62,203 bases of DNA from Bradyrhizobium sp. (GCF_017881085.1 NZ_JADGRI010000001.1:1-62203), one strand, 5' to 3'; counted from the first letter of the stretch, positions 18,965-28,400 are shown. A program made the numbers and translations. Notes: generated by a model not told the origin, from the letters alone.

Positions 18965-19930
18965 CTAATACCCGCGCGCGGGATCGACGACGTTTTCGAG
19001 GCCGCCGCCGGCTTCGAAGCGCTCGATCTGGCGCGCGACGTATTTCGAGATCTCGTCGGGATCGGTGTCGGCGGCGTTGTGCGGCGTCAGCACGACTTTC
19101 GGATGGGACCAGAACGGACTGGCCCCGGGCAGCGGCTCCTGGACGAAGACGTCCAATGATGCCGCGCCGAGCGTGCCGTCATCGAGGCAAGCGAGAATGT
19201 CGGCCTCGTTCTGCAGGCCGCCGCGCCCGGCATTGATCAGGACCGGCGCGCCCATCGGACTGTTGCGGTTGAGTTTTGCGAATGATCCGCGGTTGAGAAT
19301 GTCGCGCGTATCCGGCGTCAGCGGCAGCAGGCAGACCAGGATATCGGTCTGCCCGAGAAACGCATCAAGCTGCGCGCTGCCGTGAAAGCACTTGATGCCG
19401 TCGATCTCCTTTGGATTTCGGCTCCAGCCCGACACGCGAAAGCCGAGATGCCGGAGTGCATGGGCGGCGTTCACACCCAGCGTGCCGAGCCCCATGATGC
19501 CGACCGAAACAGCACTCGCCGGCCACTGAAATTTCGGCGCCCAGCGCTTCTCGCGCTGGCTGGCGCGCAAATAGAGCTCCTGCCGGTGATGCATCAACAC
19601 GTGCAGGACGACATATTCGGACATGCGACCGGTCAGGTCGCCAACCGCGACGCGAACCAGCGGTACTTTCGGCACTCCCGGATCCGCCATCAGCGCGTCG
19701 ACGCCGGCGCCCAGATTGAAGATCACCCGCAGGTTCGGGAACCCCGCCAGTTCGCCCGGCCTGGGTTTCCAGACCGCGGCGTAATGGACATCGGCGGGAT
19801 CGAACCCCGCATCGGGCAATTGCAGGACGCGCCGGTCTCCGCACACTTCATCGAACCGCTGCTTCCATCGCTGCGGCGACCAGTTTTCGGTGCCGCCGTG
19901 AATCAGCAGAGCGAGCGTGCCTTTATTCAT
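18965..19930 (-). CDS. ghrA: Glyoxylate/hydroxypyruvate reductase A (D-2-hydroxyacid dehydrogenase)
   Basis: GAGVD, GIMGLGTLG, LLPLTPDT, INAGRG, LDVF..EPL and TPHNA motifs. Confidence 0.88.
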   Translation of the reverse strand: MNKGTLALLIHGGTENWSPQRWKQRFDEVCGDRRVLQLPDAGFDPADVHYAAVWKPRPGELAGFPNLRVIFNLGAGVDALMADPGVPKVPLVRVAVGDLTGRMSEYVVLHVLMHHRQELYLRASQREKRWAPKFQWPASAVSVGIMGLGTLGVNAAHALRHLGFRVSGWSRNPKEIDGIKCFHGSAQLDAFLGQTDILVCLLPLTPDTRDILNRGSFAKLNRNSPMGAPVLINAGRGGLQNEADILACLDDGTLGAASLDVFVQEPLPGASPFWSHPKVVLTPHNAADTDPDEISKYVARQIERFEAGGGLENVVDPARGY

Positions 19931-20011
19931 CGAATATCTTGACCCTAGCCGTTGGGAATCGCAGGAAACACTACTGGCTTACGTTTGCCGCGCAAAATAC
20001 TTCCGCTATCC

Positions 20012-20038
20012 TGTCGGAAACACCGGCGCCCATTCGTC
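20012..20038 (+). promoter_or_regulatory. ECF42-type promoter 1 (yciI-ecf autoregulatory)
   Basis: TGTCGG-N15-TTCGTC; the same motif and spacing occur at three other sites. Confidence 0.8.
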
Positions 20039-20065
20039 CTTCGATCAAACAGGAGCCCCTTTCGC

Positions 20066-20434
20066 ATGCTCTACGCCATTCTTTGCTACCATGATGAGGA
20101 TTTGGTCGGTTCCTGGACCAAGGAGCAGGACGCCGCGGTCCTGAAGAAGCTCGCCGTGGTGCAGGACAAATTGGCAAAACAGGGCCGGCTCGGACCGGTG
20201 GCGCGGCTGCTGCCGACGACGTCGGCGACCACGCTGCGCAAGGACGATCCGCCGGTCGTGCTCGACGGTCCCTATGCCGAGACTAAGGAACAGCTGCTCG
20301 GGTTCTACCTCGTCGACTGCAACAATCTCGACGAGGCGGTCGATGTTGCGCGTGATCTCGGCGCGGCCAATCCCGGCGGCGCCTACGAGATCCGTCCCGT
20401 CGGCCTGTTCCAGCCCGGAGAAGTGACGAAATGA
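20066..20434 (+). CDS. YciI/DGPF family protein
   Basis: LDGPYAETKEQLLGFY and YEIRPV motifs; AGGAG RBS; ATGA overlap with the sigma factor gene. Confidence 0.92.
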   Translation: MLYAILCYHDEDLVGSWTKEQDAAVLKKLAVVQDKLAKQGRLGPVARLLPTTSATTLRKDDPPVVLDGPYAETKEQLLGFYLVDCNNLDEAVDVARDLGAANPGGAYEIRPVGLFQPGEVTK

Positions 20435-21702
20435 CCGACACCGCCTGGATCGATGCCGCGCTGACCTCGGCGCGTCCCCAGGCGGTCGGCGCGCTGTTGC
20501 GCTATTTCCGCAACCTCGATACCGCCGAGGAAGCGTTCCAGAATGCCTGCTTGCGGGCGCTGAAGAGCTGGCCGGAGAACGGCCCGCCGCGCGACCCCGC
20601 GGCCTGGCTGATCATGGTCGGGCGCAACGTCGCGATCGACGAGGTGCGGCGCAGCCGCAGGCAGCAGCCGCTGCCCGAGGACGAGGCGATCTCCGATCTC
20701 GACGACGCCGAGGAACAGCTTGCCGAACGGCTCGACGGCTCGCACTATCGCGACGACATCCTGCGACTGTTGTTCATCTGCTGCCATCCCGAGTTGCCGG
20801 CGACGCAGCAGATCGCGCTCGCACTGCGCATCGTCTCCGGCCTGAGCGTGAAACAGATTGCGCGCGCGTTTCTCGTCAGCGAGGCGGCGATGGAGCAGCG
20901 CATCACCCGCGCGAAAGCCCGCGTCGCCGACGCCGACGTGCCGTTCGAGACCCCGGGCGCGGTGGACCGCTCCGAGCGGCTCTCGGCGGTTGCCGCGATG
21001 ATCTATCTGATTTTCAACGAGGGCTATTCGGCCGGCGGCGACACCGCCGAAATCCGCGGGCCGCTGTGCGAGGAAGCCATTCGGCTGGCGCGGCTGTTGC
21101 TGCGGCTGTTCCAGAGCGAGCCCGAGATCATGGGACTGACCGCGCTGCTGTTGCTGCAGCATGCCCGCGCGGCGGCGCGCTTCGATGCCGACGGCGCGCT
21201 GGTGCTGCTGGACGATCAGGATCGCAGTCTTTGGAACCGGCAGCTGATCGCGGAGGGGCTGGCGCTGATAGACAAGGCGATGCGCCATCGCCGCAGCGGG
21301 CCCTATCAGGTCCAGGCGGCGATCGCGGCGCTGCATGCCCGCGCCGCCAAACCCGATGAGACCGACTGGACCCAGATCGATCTGCTCTACGGCGCGCTCG
21401 AGATCATGCAGCCGTCGCCGGTGGTGACGCTCAATCGCGCGGTCGCGGTGTCCAAGGTGCGCGGGCCCGAAGCGGCACTGGAAATGATCGAGCCGCTTTC
21501 GTCGCGGCTGTCGAACTACTTCCATTACTACGGCGTGCGCGGCGCCTTCCTGATGCAGCTCGCCCGCAATGATGAGGCCCGAATCGCATTCGACCGCGCC
21601 ATTGCGCTCGCCAACACCTCGGCCGAAGCCGCCCATATCCGCATGCATCTCGACCGCCTGATGCGCGACAGCGCGCCGCGCAACACGAAGGCAGTGAAAT
21701 AG
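20431..21702 (+). CDS. ECF RNA polymerase sigma factor with C-terminal TPR extension (ECF42-like)
   Basis: AEEAFQ, PRDPAAWL, DILRLLFICCHPEL, YLIFNEGY, DQDRSLW, GPYQVQAAIAALH and VVTLNRAVA motifs; 423 aa; downstream of a DGPF gene. Confidence 0.92.
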   Translation: MTDTAWIDAALTSARPQAVGALLRYFRNLDTAEEAFQNACLRALKSWPENGPPRDPAAWLIMVGRNVAIDEVRRSRRQQPLPEDEAISDLDDAEEQLAERLDGSHYRDDILRLLFICCHPELPATQQIALALRIVSGLSVKQIARAFLVSEAAMEQRITRAKARVADADVPFETPGAVDRSERLSAVAAMIYLIFNEGYSAGGDTAEIRGPLCEEAIRLARLLLRLFQSEPEIMGLTALLLLQHARAAARFDADGALVLLDDQDRSLWNRQLIAEGLALIDKAMRHRRSGPYQVQAAIAALHARAAKPDETDWTQIDLLYGALEIMQPSPVVTLNRAVAVSKVRGPEAALEMIEPLSSRLSNYFHYYGVRGAFLMQLARNDEARIAFDRAIALANTSAEAAHIRMHLDRLMRDSAPRNTKAVK

Positions 21703-21782
21703 CGGCGCAAAGCCTGTCCAGCCGCACAGCATCGCTGCCCGGCCTTACGACATTTGCATGAGCGGCTGTCAGCGATGCGGCA

Positions 21783-21989
21783 TCAGCCGCGTTCGGCGAC
21801 GCTTTTCAGCACGAGACCGGTCAACCTGACCACCAGCGCCCGCAATCGCGCGTTTTCCTCCAGCAGCGACGTCACGCCGTCCGAATGGTCGTCGTCTGCG
21901 CAGTCTTCGTCGTGGAGCGGTGATTCGTTCAAATATTCCAGTTCATCGCGAAATTCTTGTTTGCGATCCGGCGGATATGCGGGTCCCAT
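21783..21989 (-). CDS. Small hypothetical protein (acidic N-terminus, C-terminal coiled coil)
   Basis: AGGGG RBS; 68 aa; LLEENARLRALVVRL heptad pattern. Confidence 0.55.
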   Translation of the reverse strand: MGPAYPPDRKQEFRDELEYLNESPLHDEDCADDDHSDGVTSLLEENARLRALVVRLTGLVLKSVAERG

Positions 21990-22165
21990 GACTAATCCCC
22001 TAATTAACTTCGCCGAACGTACCCCTCGTTCTGTCGTGGAGAGTGAATTGAGTCGGGGGCGAATTTGAGACGGAATTTAGGACGCGCGGCGACACAACTT
22101 TTTTTCCGCGCCGGCAAACGCAGTACAGCCCCAGCGTGAAATGCAGAAGAAATCATCATCGCAGT

Positions 22166-22192
22166 TGTCGAAAGACGCGCTTCCCGTTCGTC
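22166..22192 (+). promoter_or_regulatory. ECF42-type promoter 2 (DoxX gene)
   Basis: TGTCGA-N15-TTCGTC. Confidence 0.8.
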
Positions 22193-22226
22193 TTCTGATC
22201 AGTCATTCGAACGCAGGAGACGTGCG

Positions 22227-22676
22227 ATGAATATGCAGGGCGGCAACGCCGGCGGTAATGCCATGCCGACAATGGCGGAGCAGCCGGCAGTTTCAAGGTC
22301 GGCGCGCTGGCTGGGCCGCGGTCTCAGCGGTCTCGTCATCCTGTTTCTGCTGTTCGACGGCGCCATCAAGCTGGTGCCATGGCCGGTTGTCACGGAAACG
22401 ATGGACCGGATCGGCTATGGTTCGAGCGAAACGCTGGCGCGGACCCTGGGCGTCATCACGGTCGCCTGCACGGTCCTCTACGCCATCCCGCCGACGTCGA
22501 TCCTGGGCGCGATCCTGTTGACCGGATATCTCGGCGGCGCGATAGCCTCGCATCTGCGGATCGGCAACCCGCTGTTCACCCACATCCTGTTCGGGTTCTA
22601 TCTCGGGCTGATGGTGTGGGGCGGCCTGTGGTTGCGCGACCGGAAATTGCGGGCGTTGATGCCCTGGCGGCACTGA
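22227..22676 (+). CDS. DoxX family membrane protein
   Basis: FDGAIKL, LYAIPPTSILGAILLTGYLGGAIASH and WGGLWLRD motifs; about 4 TM helices; alternative start 22263. Confidence 0.88.
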   Translation: MNMQGGNAGGNAMPTMAEQPAVSRSARWLGRGLSGLVILFLLFDGAIKLVPWPVVTETMDRIGYGSSETLARTLGVITVACTVLYAIPPTSILGAILLTGYLGGAIASHLRIGNPLFTHILFGFYLGLMVWGGLWLRDRKLRALMPWRH

Positions 22677-22696
22677 TTGAAATATCTTCGCGGCCT

Positions 22697-22723
22697 TGTC
22701 GGATCGCGTCGGCGCCGTTCGTC
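22697..22723 (+). promoter_or_regulatory. ECF42-type promoter 3 (SRPBCC-VOC genes)
   Basis: TGTCGG-N15-TTCGTC. Confidence 0.8.
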
Positions 22724-22761
22724 CTCGGGATAATTATTGAAATGCCATAGCGGAGCCAGCC

Positions 22762-23298
22762 ATGTTCGAGATTATTGCCGTCATCGCGGTCATACTGGCA
22801 GTCGCCATTGCGGTCATATTGATCCTCGCCGCCACCAAGCCGGATACTTTCAGCGTGCAGCGCGCCACAAACGTGAGGGCGCCGCCGGAAAAAATATTTC
22901 CTCTGATCAACGACTTCCATCGGTGGGGAAGCTGGTCGCCTTACGAACACAAGGACCCCGCGATGAAGCGCACTTACAGCGGGGCTGCGAGCGGCAAAGG
23001 TGCGGTCTACGCGTGGGACGGCAACAAGAATGTCGGCTCCGGGCGCATGGAAATTCTCGACGCGTCGGCGCCGGCGAAGATTGTGATCAAGCTCGACTTC
23101 TTCACGCCGTTCGAGGGCCACAACACCGCGGAATTCACAATGCTGCCGCAGGGCGATGGCACCAGCCTGACGTGGCTGATGCACGGCCCGGCGCCGTTCA
23201 TGGCGAAGATCATGCATGTGTTCATGAACATCGACCGCATGGTCGGCAAGGATTTTGAGATCGGTCTCGCCAACTTGAAACGGCTTACCGAGAAATAA
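22762..23298 (+). CDS. SRPBCC (polyketide cyclase-like) family protein with N-terminal TM helix
   Basis: APPEKIFPLINDFHRW..WSPY, GAVYAWDGN..VGSG and VGKDFEIGLANLK motifs. Confidence 0.88.
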   Translation: MFEIIAVIAVILAVAIAVILILAATKPDTFSVQRATNVRAPPEKIFPLINDFHRWGSWSPYEHKDPAMKRTYSGAASGKGAVYAWDGNKNVGSGRMEILDASAPAKIVIKLDFFTPFEGHNTAEFTMLPQGDGTSLTWLMHGPAPFMAKIMHVFMNIDRMVGKDFEIGLANLKRLTEK

Positions 23299-23334
23299 CC
23301 GAACCTTCGAAGCACAGTCCCAGAGGAGCAAGCG

Positions 23335-23745
23335 ATGCAGGTCAATCCCTATCTGTTCTACGACGGCAATTGCGAAGCGGCGTTCAAGTTCTACGAAAAG
23401 GTGCTGGGCGCCAGGATCGAGGTGATGCTGAGAAATGAGGAGGCGCCCGAGTCGATGCCGACGCCGCCGGACCGGAAGAAGAAAATCATGCACGGCCGGA
23501 TTTCGATTGACGGTGAAGTGCTGATGGCGTCCGATGCGCCTCCTGAGCATTTCCACAAGCCGCAGGGATTTTCGGTTTCGCTGACGGTGGGGGATCCCGC
23601 CGATGCCGAGCGCAAGTTCAAGGCGCTGTCGGAAGGCGGCAACGTCAACATGCCCTTTGGCAAGACCTTCTTCTCCAAGGGATTCGGAATGTGCCTCGAT
23701 CAGTTCGGCATTCCCTGGATGGTGAACTGCCCGCTGGAGGATTAG
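23335..23745 (+). CDS. VOC family protein (PhnB-like)
   Basis: PYLFYDGNCEAAFKFY, IMH, LMASD, LSEGG and DQFGIPWMVN motifs. Confidence 0.9.
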   Translation: MQVNPYLFYDGNCEAAFKFYEKVLGARIEVMLRNEEAPESMPTPPDRKKKIMHGRISIDGEVLMASDAPPEHFHKPQGFSVSLTVGDPADAERKFKALSEGGNVNMPFGKTFFSKGFGMCLDQFGIPWMVNCPLED

Positions 23746-24186
23746 TCAGCGGCATCGTGGATAGATCGCTGCGAGTTCGCGCCCGCGCAGCAACAACAGG
23801 CGCGAACTCAATCCGCCGCGGCGGGCGATCCAGCCGCGCACCGCCTCGGGATAGGCTTGCAGCACCGCTGCGGATGCTTCCGGCTCGGCATACATCCGGC
23901 CCCGCTGGTCGACCGAACGGGCGGCGTGAAACCCGAGGATCGCGCGGCGAGTGACACAGATGCGGTCGCGCGGCACCACGTCCAGCACCAGCGTGCAGGC
24001 CGACAGGCACGGCCCGTCGATCACGACGCGCTCGCCCATCTCGCGCACGCGCTCGAACAGATTGAGGAACGGGCCGACTTCGCCGCCGGTACTGGCGAGG
24101 ATGCGGATCTCGGCGTTTGCAAAACGCGGCACGACCGCGCACAGCATGCTTGCGAGAAAGATGGCTTTCAAGGCCGCCTTTGCCAT
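23746..24186 (-). CDS. Secreted hypothetical protein (ClpP/crotonase-like motifs)
   Basis: Signal peptide; GG, VIDGPCLSACT and LGFHAA motifs; CAGGAG RBS. Confidence 0.65.
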   Translation of the reverse strand: MAKAALKAIFLASMLCAVVPRFANAEIRILASTGGEVGPFLNLFERVREMGERVVIDGPCLSACTLVLDVVPRDRICVTRRAILGFHAARSVDQRGRMYAEPEASAAVLQAYPEAVRGWIARRGGLSSRLLLLRGRELAAIYPRCR

Positions 24187-24251
24187 GAGCGTACTCCTGC
24201 TTGCGGTGAGCTGATGAATTAATCACCGGCAGTTCGTGCGGCAAGGTTCCG

Positions 24252-25268
24252 TCATTCGTCCGCGCCGGAGACCCCGGCCTCGGCGAAGGTGGCCATCCCG
24301 GCATGGCAGGCGAGCGCCGCGCGCAGCAGGAGGATGGCAACGCCGGCGCCGGAGGCTTCGCCGAGCCGCATGTCGAGATCGAGCAGCGGGTCGAGGCCTA
24401 GTTCAGCCAGCAAGGCGCGGTGAGCGGATTCCGCGGAGACATGTCCCGCGCGGCAGTGATCGAGCATGCCTGCGCGGAGACGTGCCAGCGGAACGACCGC
24501 CGCGGTCGCCACAAAACCGTCGAGCAGCACGGGGATTTGATGGCGCCGCGCCGCCAGGACCGCACCGGCGATGGCGGCCAGTTCGCGCCCGCCCAAAGCT
24601 GTCGCGACGCCGAGCGGATCGCTTGATATCGCGCGATGGAAGTCGAGCGCCGTTTCGACCGCCGCGCGCTTGCGCGCCAATCCGGCATCGTCGACGCCGG
24701 TGCCGCGGCCGGCCCAGCGCGCCGCGCCGCCCCCTAGCAACGCCGCGCACAGCATCGCCGCTGTCGTGGTGTTGGCGATGCCCATCTCGCCGACCACAAG
24801 CAGGTCGGCATCTTCCGGCACGGTCCGATAGCCGACATCGACGGCGCGCAGGAATTCATCGGCATCCATCGCGGGCGCGACGGTGAAGTCGCGCGTCGGG
24901 CGGTCGAGTTCGATCGGCACCACCTTCAGCTCGGCGCCGGCAAGTCTGGCGATCTGGTTGATGGCCGCGCCGCCGGCCGCAAAATTCGCGACCATCTGTT
25001 CGGTGACCGCTTGCGGGTAAGCCGAAACGCCGCGCGCGGCCACGCCATGATTGCCGGCAAAGACAGCTATCGTGACACGATCGAGCCGTGGAATTTCGCA
25101 GGCCTGCCAGCGCGCCAGCCAGATCGCCAGTTCTTCGAGGCGGCCAAGGCTTCCCGGCGGCTTTGTCAGCATTTGCTGCCGCCGCGCAGCGGCGTCAGCC
25201 GAATGCGCGTCGCCGGTGGGCAGGTCGCGACAGAAGCCGCTTATATCGTCTAGACTATCGAACTGCAT
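24252..25268 (-). CDS. cobT: Nicotinate-nucleotide--dimethylbenzimidazole phosphoribosyltransferase
   Basis: LTKPPGSLGRLE, FAGNHGV, GGAAIN, GEMGIANTT, LDGF, MRLGEASGA and MATFAEAGV motifs. Confidence 0.96.
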   Translation of the reverse strand: MQFDSLDDISGFCRDLPTGDAHSADAAARRQQMLTKPPGSLGRLEELAIWLARWQACEIPRLDRVTIAVFAGNHGVAARGVSAYPQAVTEQMVANFAAGGAAINQIARLAGAELKVVPIELDRPTRDFTVAPAMDADEFLRAVDVGYRTVPEDADLLVVGEMGIANTTTAAMLCAALLGGGAARWAGRGTGVDDAGLARKRAAVETALDFHRAISSDPLGVATALGGRELAAIAGAVLAARRHQIPVLLDGFVATAAVVPLARLRAGMLDHCRAGHVSAESAHRALLAELGLDPLLDLDMRLGEASGAGVAILLLRAALACHAGMATFAEAGVSGADE

Positions 25269-25312
25269 GCGGTCCCTTTGTCGAGCGAACTGATTCTCAC
25301 GGATTCTCTATC

Positions 25313-26065
25313 ATGAATGAATGGCTCGACGATCTCAGAACCGCGGTCGCCTTTCTGACGCGCCTGCCGATGCCGCATCCGCAAGGTGCGAGTCCCGAAA
25401 ATTTCGTCCGCGCGCACCGGCTGTTTCCGGTCGTGGGAGCGGCCATCGGCTCCGCCGTGGGCCTGTTCTGTCTTGCTCTGCGCGCCATCGGTCTGCCCGA
25501 TCTCGCCGCGGCGGCGCTGGCGCTGGGCGCGGGCGCGCTACTGACCGGCGCGCTGCACGAGGACGGCCTTGCCGATGTCGCCGACGGTTTCGGCGGCGGC
25601 CGCGATCCCGCGGCGAAGCTCGAGATCATGCGCGACAGCCGGCTCGGCACCTATGGCGCGCTGATGCTGCTGGTGATTTTTGTCGCGAAGGTTTCGGCGC
25701 TCGCGACGCTTCCGGATGCATTCGTAGTGCAATGCCTGATCGCCGCGCATGCGCTGGCGCGTGGCGTGTTGCCTTTCATGTCCATGAGCCTGTCTTACGC
25801 GCGCAAGGATGGATTGGCTGCCAATGCGGGCCGGCCGGATTCGACCACCGCGGCAACCGCGGGCGCGCTCGCGCTGATCATGGCCTGGCTGGTGCTGCCG
25901 TGGCGCGAGGCGTTTTGTGCGGCGCTGGCGGCTGCGGCGTGCGCGGCGGGCATCGCGTGGTTAGCGCAGCGGCAGATCGGCGGCCAGACCGGCGATGTGC
26001 TCGGCGGAGCCGAGCAGCTCGGCGAGACCACCATCCTGCTGCTGCTCGCAGCAACGCTGGCCTAG
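25313..26065 (+). CDS. cobS: Adenosylcobinamide-GDP ribazoletransferase (cobalamin synthase)
   Basis: FLTRLP, TGALHEDGLADVADG, IMRDSRLGTYG and GGQTGDVLG motifs; start at ATG 25313. Confidence 0.95.
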   Translation: MNEWLDDLRTAVAFLTRLPMPHPQGASPENFVRAHRLFPVVGAAIGSAVGLFCLALRAIGLPDLAAAALALGAGALLTGALHEDGLADVADGFGGGRDPAAKLEIMRDSRLGTYGALMLLVIFVAKVSALATLPDAFVVQCLIAAHALARGVLPFMSMSLSYARKDGLAANAGRPDSTTAATAGALALIMAWLVLPWREAFCAALAAAACAAGIAWLAQRQIGGQTGDVLGGAEQLGETTILLLLAATLA

Positions 26066-26071
26066 CCCCGG

Positions 26072-26641
26072 ATGAGCGCCGAGACAAATCTCTGGCTGAT
26101 CCGGCACGCGCCGGTTGATGGCCCCCGCGGCGTCATCCATGGTCCGGACGCACCGGCCGATGTCGGCGATGCTGCAGGCTTCGTGGCGCTGAAGGCGCGA
26201 CTGCCGCAAAATGCGTTTGCGGTTTGCAGCCCGGCGCGGCGGACGTTTGAAACCGCGCTTACGCTCGGTCTCGATCCGGTCAAGCAGGTCCTGTTTCGCG
26301 AGCAGGATTTTGGCGGCTGGACCGGGCGACGGCATGACGACCTCGTCGCCGAACTCGGCGATGCCTACCTGGATTTCTGGAAATCACCGGCCAGCAACGC
26401 GCCGCCGGGTGGGGAAAGCTTTGTCGGTCAGATCGGCCGTACGGTTAACGGCCTCGCATCCTTGCCAGCGGGAGATGTCGTCCTCGTTGTGCATTCCGGC
26501 ACGATCCGCGCGGTGCTCGCCATCGCGCTCGATCTCGCGCCCGACACCGCGCTGCGCTTTGTGGTCGATCCCTTGTCGCTGACGCGGATCGACCGCCTGG
26601 AAGATGGCTGGCGGGTCGTTGCGGTGAACCGGCGGGGGTAG
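26072..26641 (+). CDS. Histidine phosphatase family protein (CobC-like)
   Basis: LIRHA, SPARR, EQDFGGW, PPGGES and VVHSGTIR motifs; adjacent to cobS. Confidence 0.85.
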   Translation: MSAETNLWLIRHAPVDGPRGVIHGPDAPADVGDAAGFVALKARLPQNAFAVCSPARRTFETALTLGLDPVKQVLFREQDFGGWTGRRHDDLVAELGDAYLDFWKSPASNAPPGGESFVGQIGRTVNGLASLPAGDVVLVVHSGTIRAVLAIALDLAPDTALRFVVDPLSLTRIDRLEDGWRVVAVNRRG

Positions 26642-26643
26642 GG

Positions 26644-27432
26644 TTACCCGTTCCGGCGCTGGCCGCGCAATGTCGGCAGGCCGATGCCTGCGGCATCGAA
26701 GCCGCCGTCCACGGCCAGGATCTGCCCGGTGATGTAGCTGGCGCGGTCGCTGCACAGGAAGAACACGGCTTCCGCCAGCTCTTCTTCGAGGCCGTAACGG
26801 TTGAGCGGAATGGCATCGTGATAGTCGGCGCGGATTTCCGGGGTGTGCACGGCTTTCGCCATCGCGGTCTCGACCGGGCCGGGTGCCACGCCGTTGACAC
26901 GGATGCCGAGCGAGGCCAGTTCGACCGCGAGCTGCTTGGTCAGATGCGCGAGCCCGGCCTTGCTGGTGCCGTAGGCCGAACGCAGCGTGGAGGCTCGCAC
27001 CGCTGATATCGAGGTGATGTTCACGATCGCGCCGCCGCCTTGTTCGCGCATCAGCGGCACCGCCGCCTTGGTGCAGAGGAACGGACCGGTCAGGTTGACT
27101 TCCAGTACCCGGCGCCAGTCTTCGTTGGACGTCTCGAGCAGCGGTGCGAACACCGCGATCCCCGCATTGTTGACGAGCGCATCGAGCCGGCCGAAGCGCC
27201 GCTCGATTTCGGAAAACGCGCCTGCGACCGCGCCGGCGTCGGAGACGTCGCAGTGCAGCCCCAGCGTCTGGCCGGCCGCATTCAGCGCTTCCGCGCTCTT
27301 CCACAGCAACTCGCCCTGGATGTCGAGCAGCGCCACCCGCCAGCCCTCGGCAAGAAATTTTCTGGCGACGGCGAGCCCGATGCCGCGCGCGGCGCCGGTC
27401 ACCAGCGCGACTTTTTGAGGGGCAGGGGTCAT
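26644..27432 (-). CDS. Short-chain dehydrogenase/reductase
   Basis: TGAARGIG, NNAG, YGTSK and VDGG motifs. Confidence 0.95.
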   Translation of the reverse strand: MTPAPQKVALVTGAARGIGLAVARKFLAEGWRVALLDIQGELLWKSAEALNAAGQTLGLHCDVSDAGAVAGAFSEIERRFGRLDALVNNAGIAVFAPLLETSNEDWRRVLEVNLTGPFLCTKAAVPLMREQGGGAIVNITSISAVRASTLRSAYGTSKAGLAHLTKQLAVELASLGIRVNGVAPGPVETAMAKAVHTPEIRADYHDAIPLNRYGLEEELAEAVFFLCSDRASYITGQILAVDGGFDAAGIGLPTLRGQRRNG

Positions 27433-27542
27433 GCGTCGATCCATCGTTCAGCCGGTCCTCGGTCTGCGTCGTCCCTAGCACGAAAGCGAAGTGTCTGCTT
27501 TGCTATCTGGACCGTATCGGCAAGGCAAAGGGGTCGAATTTC

Positions 27543-27740
27543 ATGAGGGTCAGCGACATCAGGGACGCCTCGCCCGAGCCATGGCGGCCGGGGGTGGAAA
27601 CGCGCATGCTGGTCTCGGCGCGTAATGGCGCGACGCAACTGTGCGTCTTCGAACAATGGGTCGCGCCGGGAACCGGCGCGCCGACGCATTCGCACCCCGT
27701 CGAGGAGGTGCTGACCGTGCGCGATGGTGAGGCCGAGGTG
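27543..27740 (+). pseudogene. Truncated cupin-domain gene
   Basis: First ~66 codons look like cupin motif 1 (GAPTHSHPVEEVLTVRDGEAEV); the second cupin motif is absent and the frame continues as non-protein-like read-through over a promoter. Confidence 0.65.
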
Positions 27741-27849
27741 TGCGTCCGTCCTATGCGCGTGTGTTGCAAGAGGCGGAGCCTATTTCGCCATGTTCGCGAG
27801 ATAGCTGCGAACCGGCCTGCAATGGCCTCGGAAATAATTCCGCAAGTCC

Positions 27850-27876
27850 TGTCGGTGCCGCAAAACCCTGTTCGTC
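27850..27876 (+). promoter_or_regulatory. ECF42-type promoter 4 (second yciI)
   Basis: TGTCGG-N15-TTCGTC. Confidence 0.8.
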
Positions 27877-27937
27877 TTGTTGTTGAGCGCTGGTTCGCAA
27901 CCGGCCTGCTACAGCTAGATCGAAACGGAGCGTGACC

Positions 27938-28354
27938 ATGCGATTCATGATGTTGATGATCCCGAAAGGCTACGAGACGGCAATCCCCGGCACCATGCCG
28001 CCCGCCGAGGCGGTGGCCGCGATGATGAAATACAACGAGGCGCTGAAGGAGGCCGGCGTCCTGATCACGCTCGACGGGCTGCATCCGCCGTCGATGGGGG
28101 CGCGGGTTTCCTTCGCCAGCGGCAAGCCTGTGGTCACCGACGGCCCCTTCGCCGAATCCAAGGAGGTGCTCGGCGGCTACTGGATGATCGATGTGAAGTC
28201 TCGCGAGGAGGCGATCGCCTGGGCCAAGCGCTGCCCGGCGTCCAATAACGAGATCATCGAGATCCGTCAGGTGCAGGAATTCGAGGATTTCTCCCCCGAG
28301 GTGCAGCAGGCCGCGGCTGGATTTGCCGAGATGCAGGCCGGAACCCGGGGTTAA
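27938..28354 (+). CDS. YciI/DGPF family protein
   Basis: MRFMMLM, GLHP, VTDGPFAESKEVLGGYWMIDV.S.EEAIAWAKR and IEIRQV motifs. Confidence 0.92.
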   Translation: MRFMMLMIPKGYETAIPGTMPPAEAVAAMMKYNEALKEAGVLITLDGLHPPSMGARVSFASGKPVVTDGPFAESKEVLGGYWMIDVKSREEAIAWAKRCPASNNEIIEIRQVQEFEDFSPEVQQAAAGFAEMQAGTRG

Positions 28355-28400
28355 CAGACGTTAAGCCCCCTCTGCCCCTAGTGACCTTTGCTGGCCGCTC

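Noticed and set aside
25269-25312. Cobalamin riboswitch between cobT and cobS
   Set aside because: The gap is only 44 bp and shows no B12 box.
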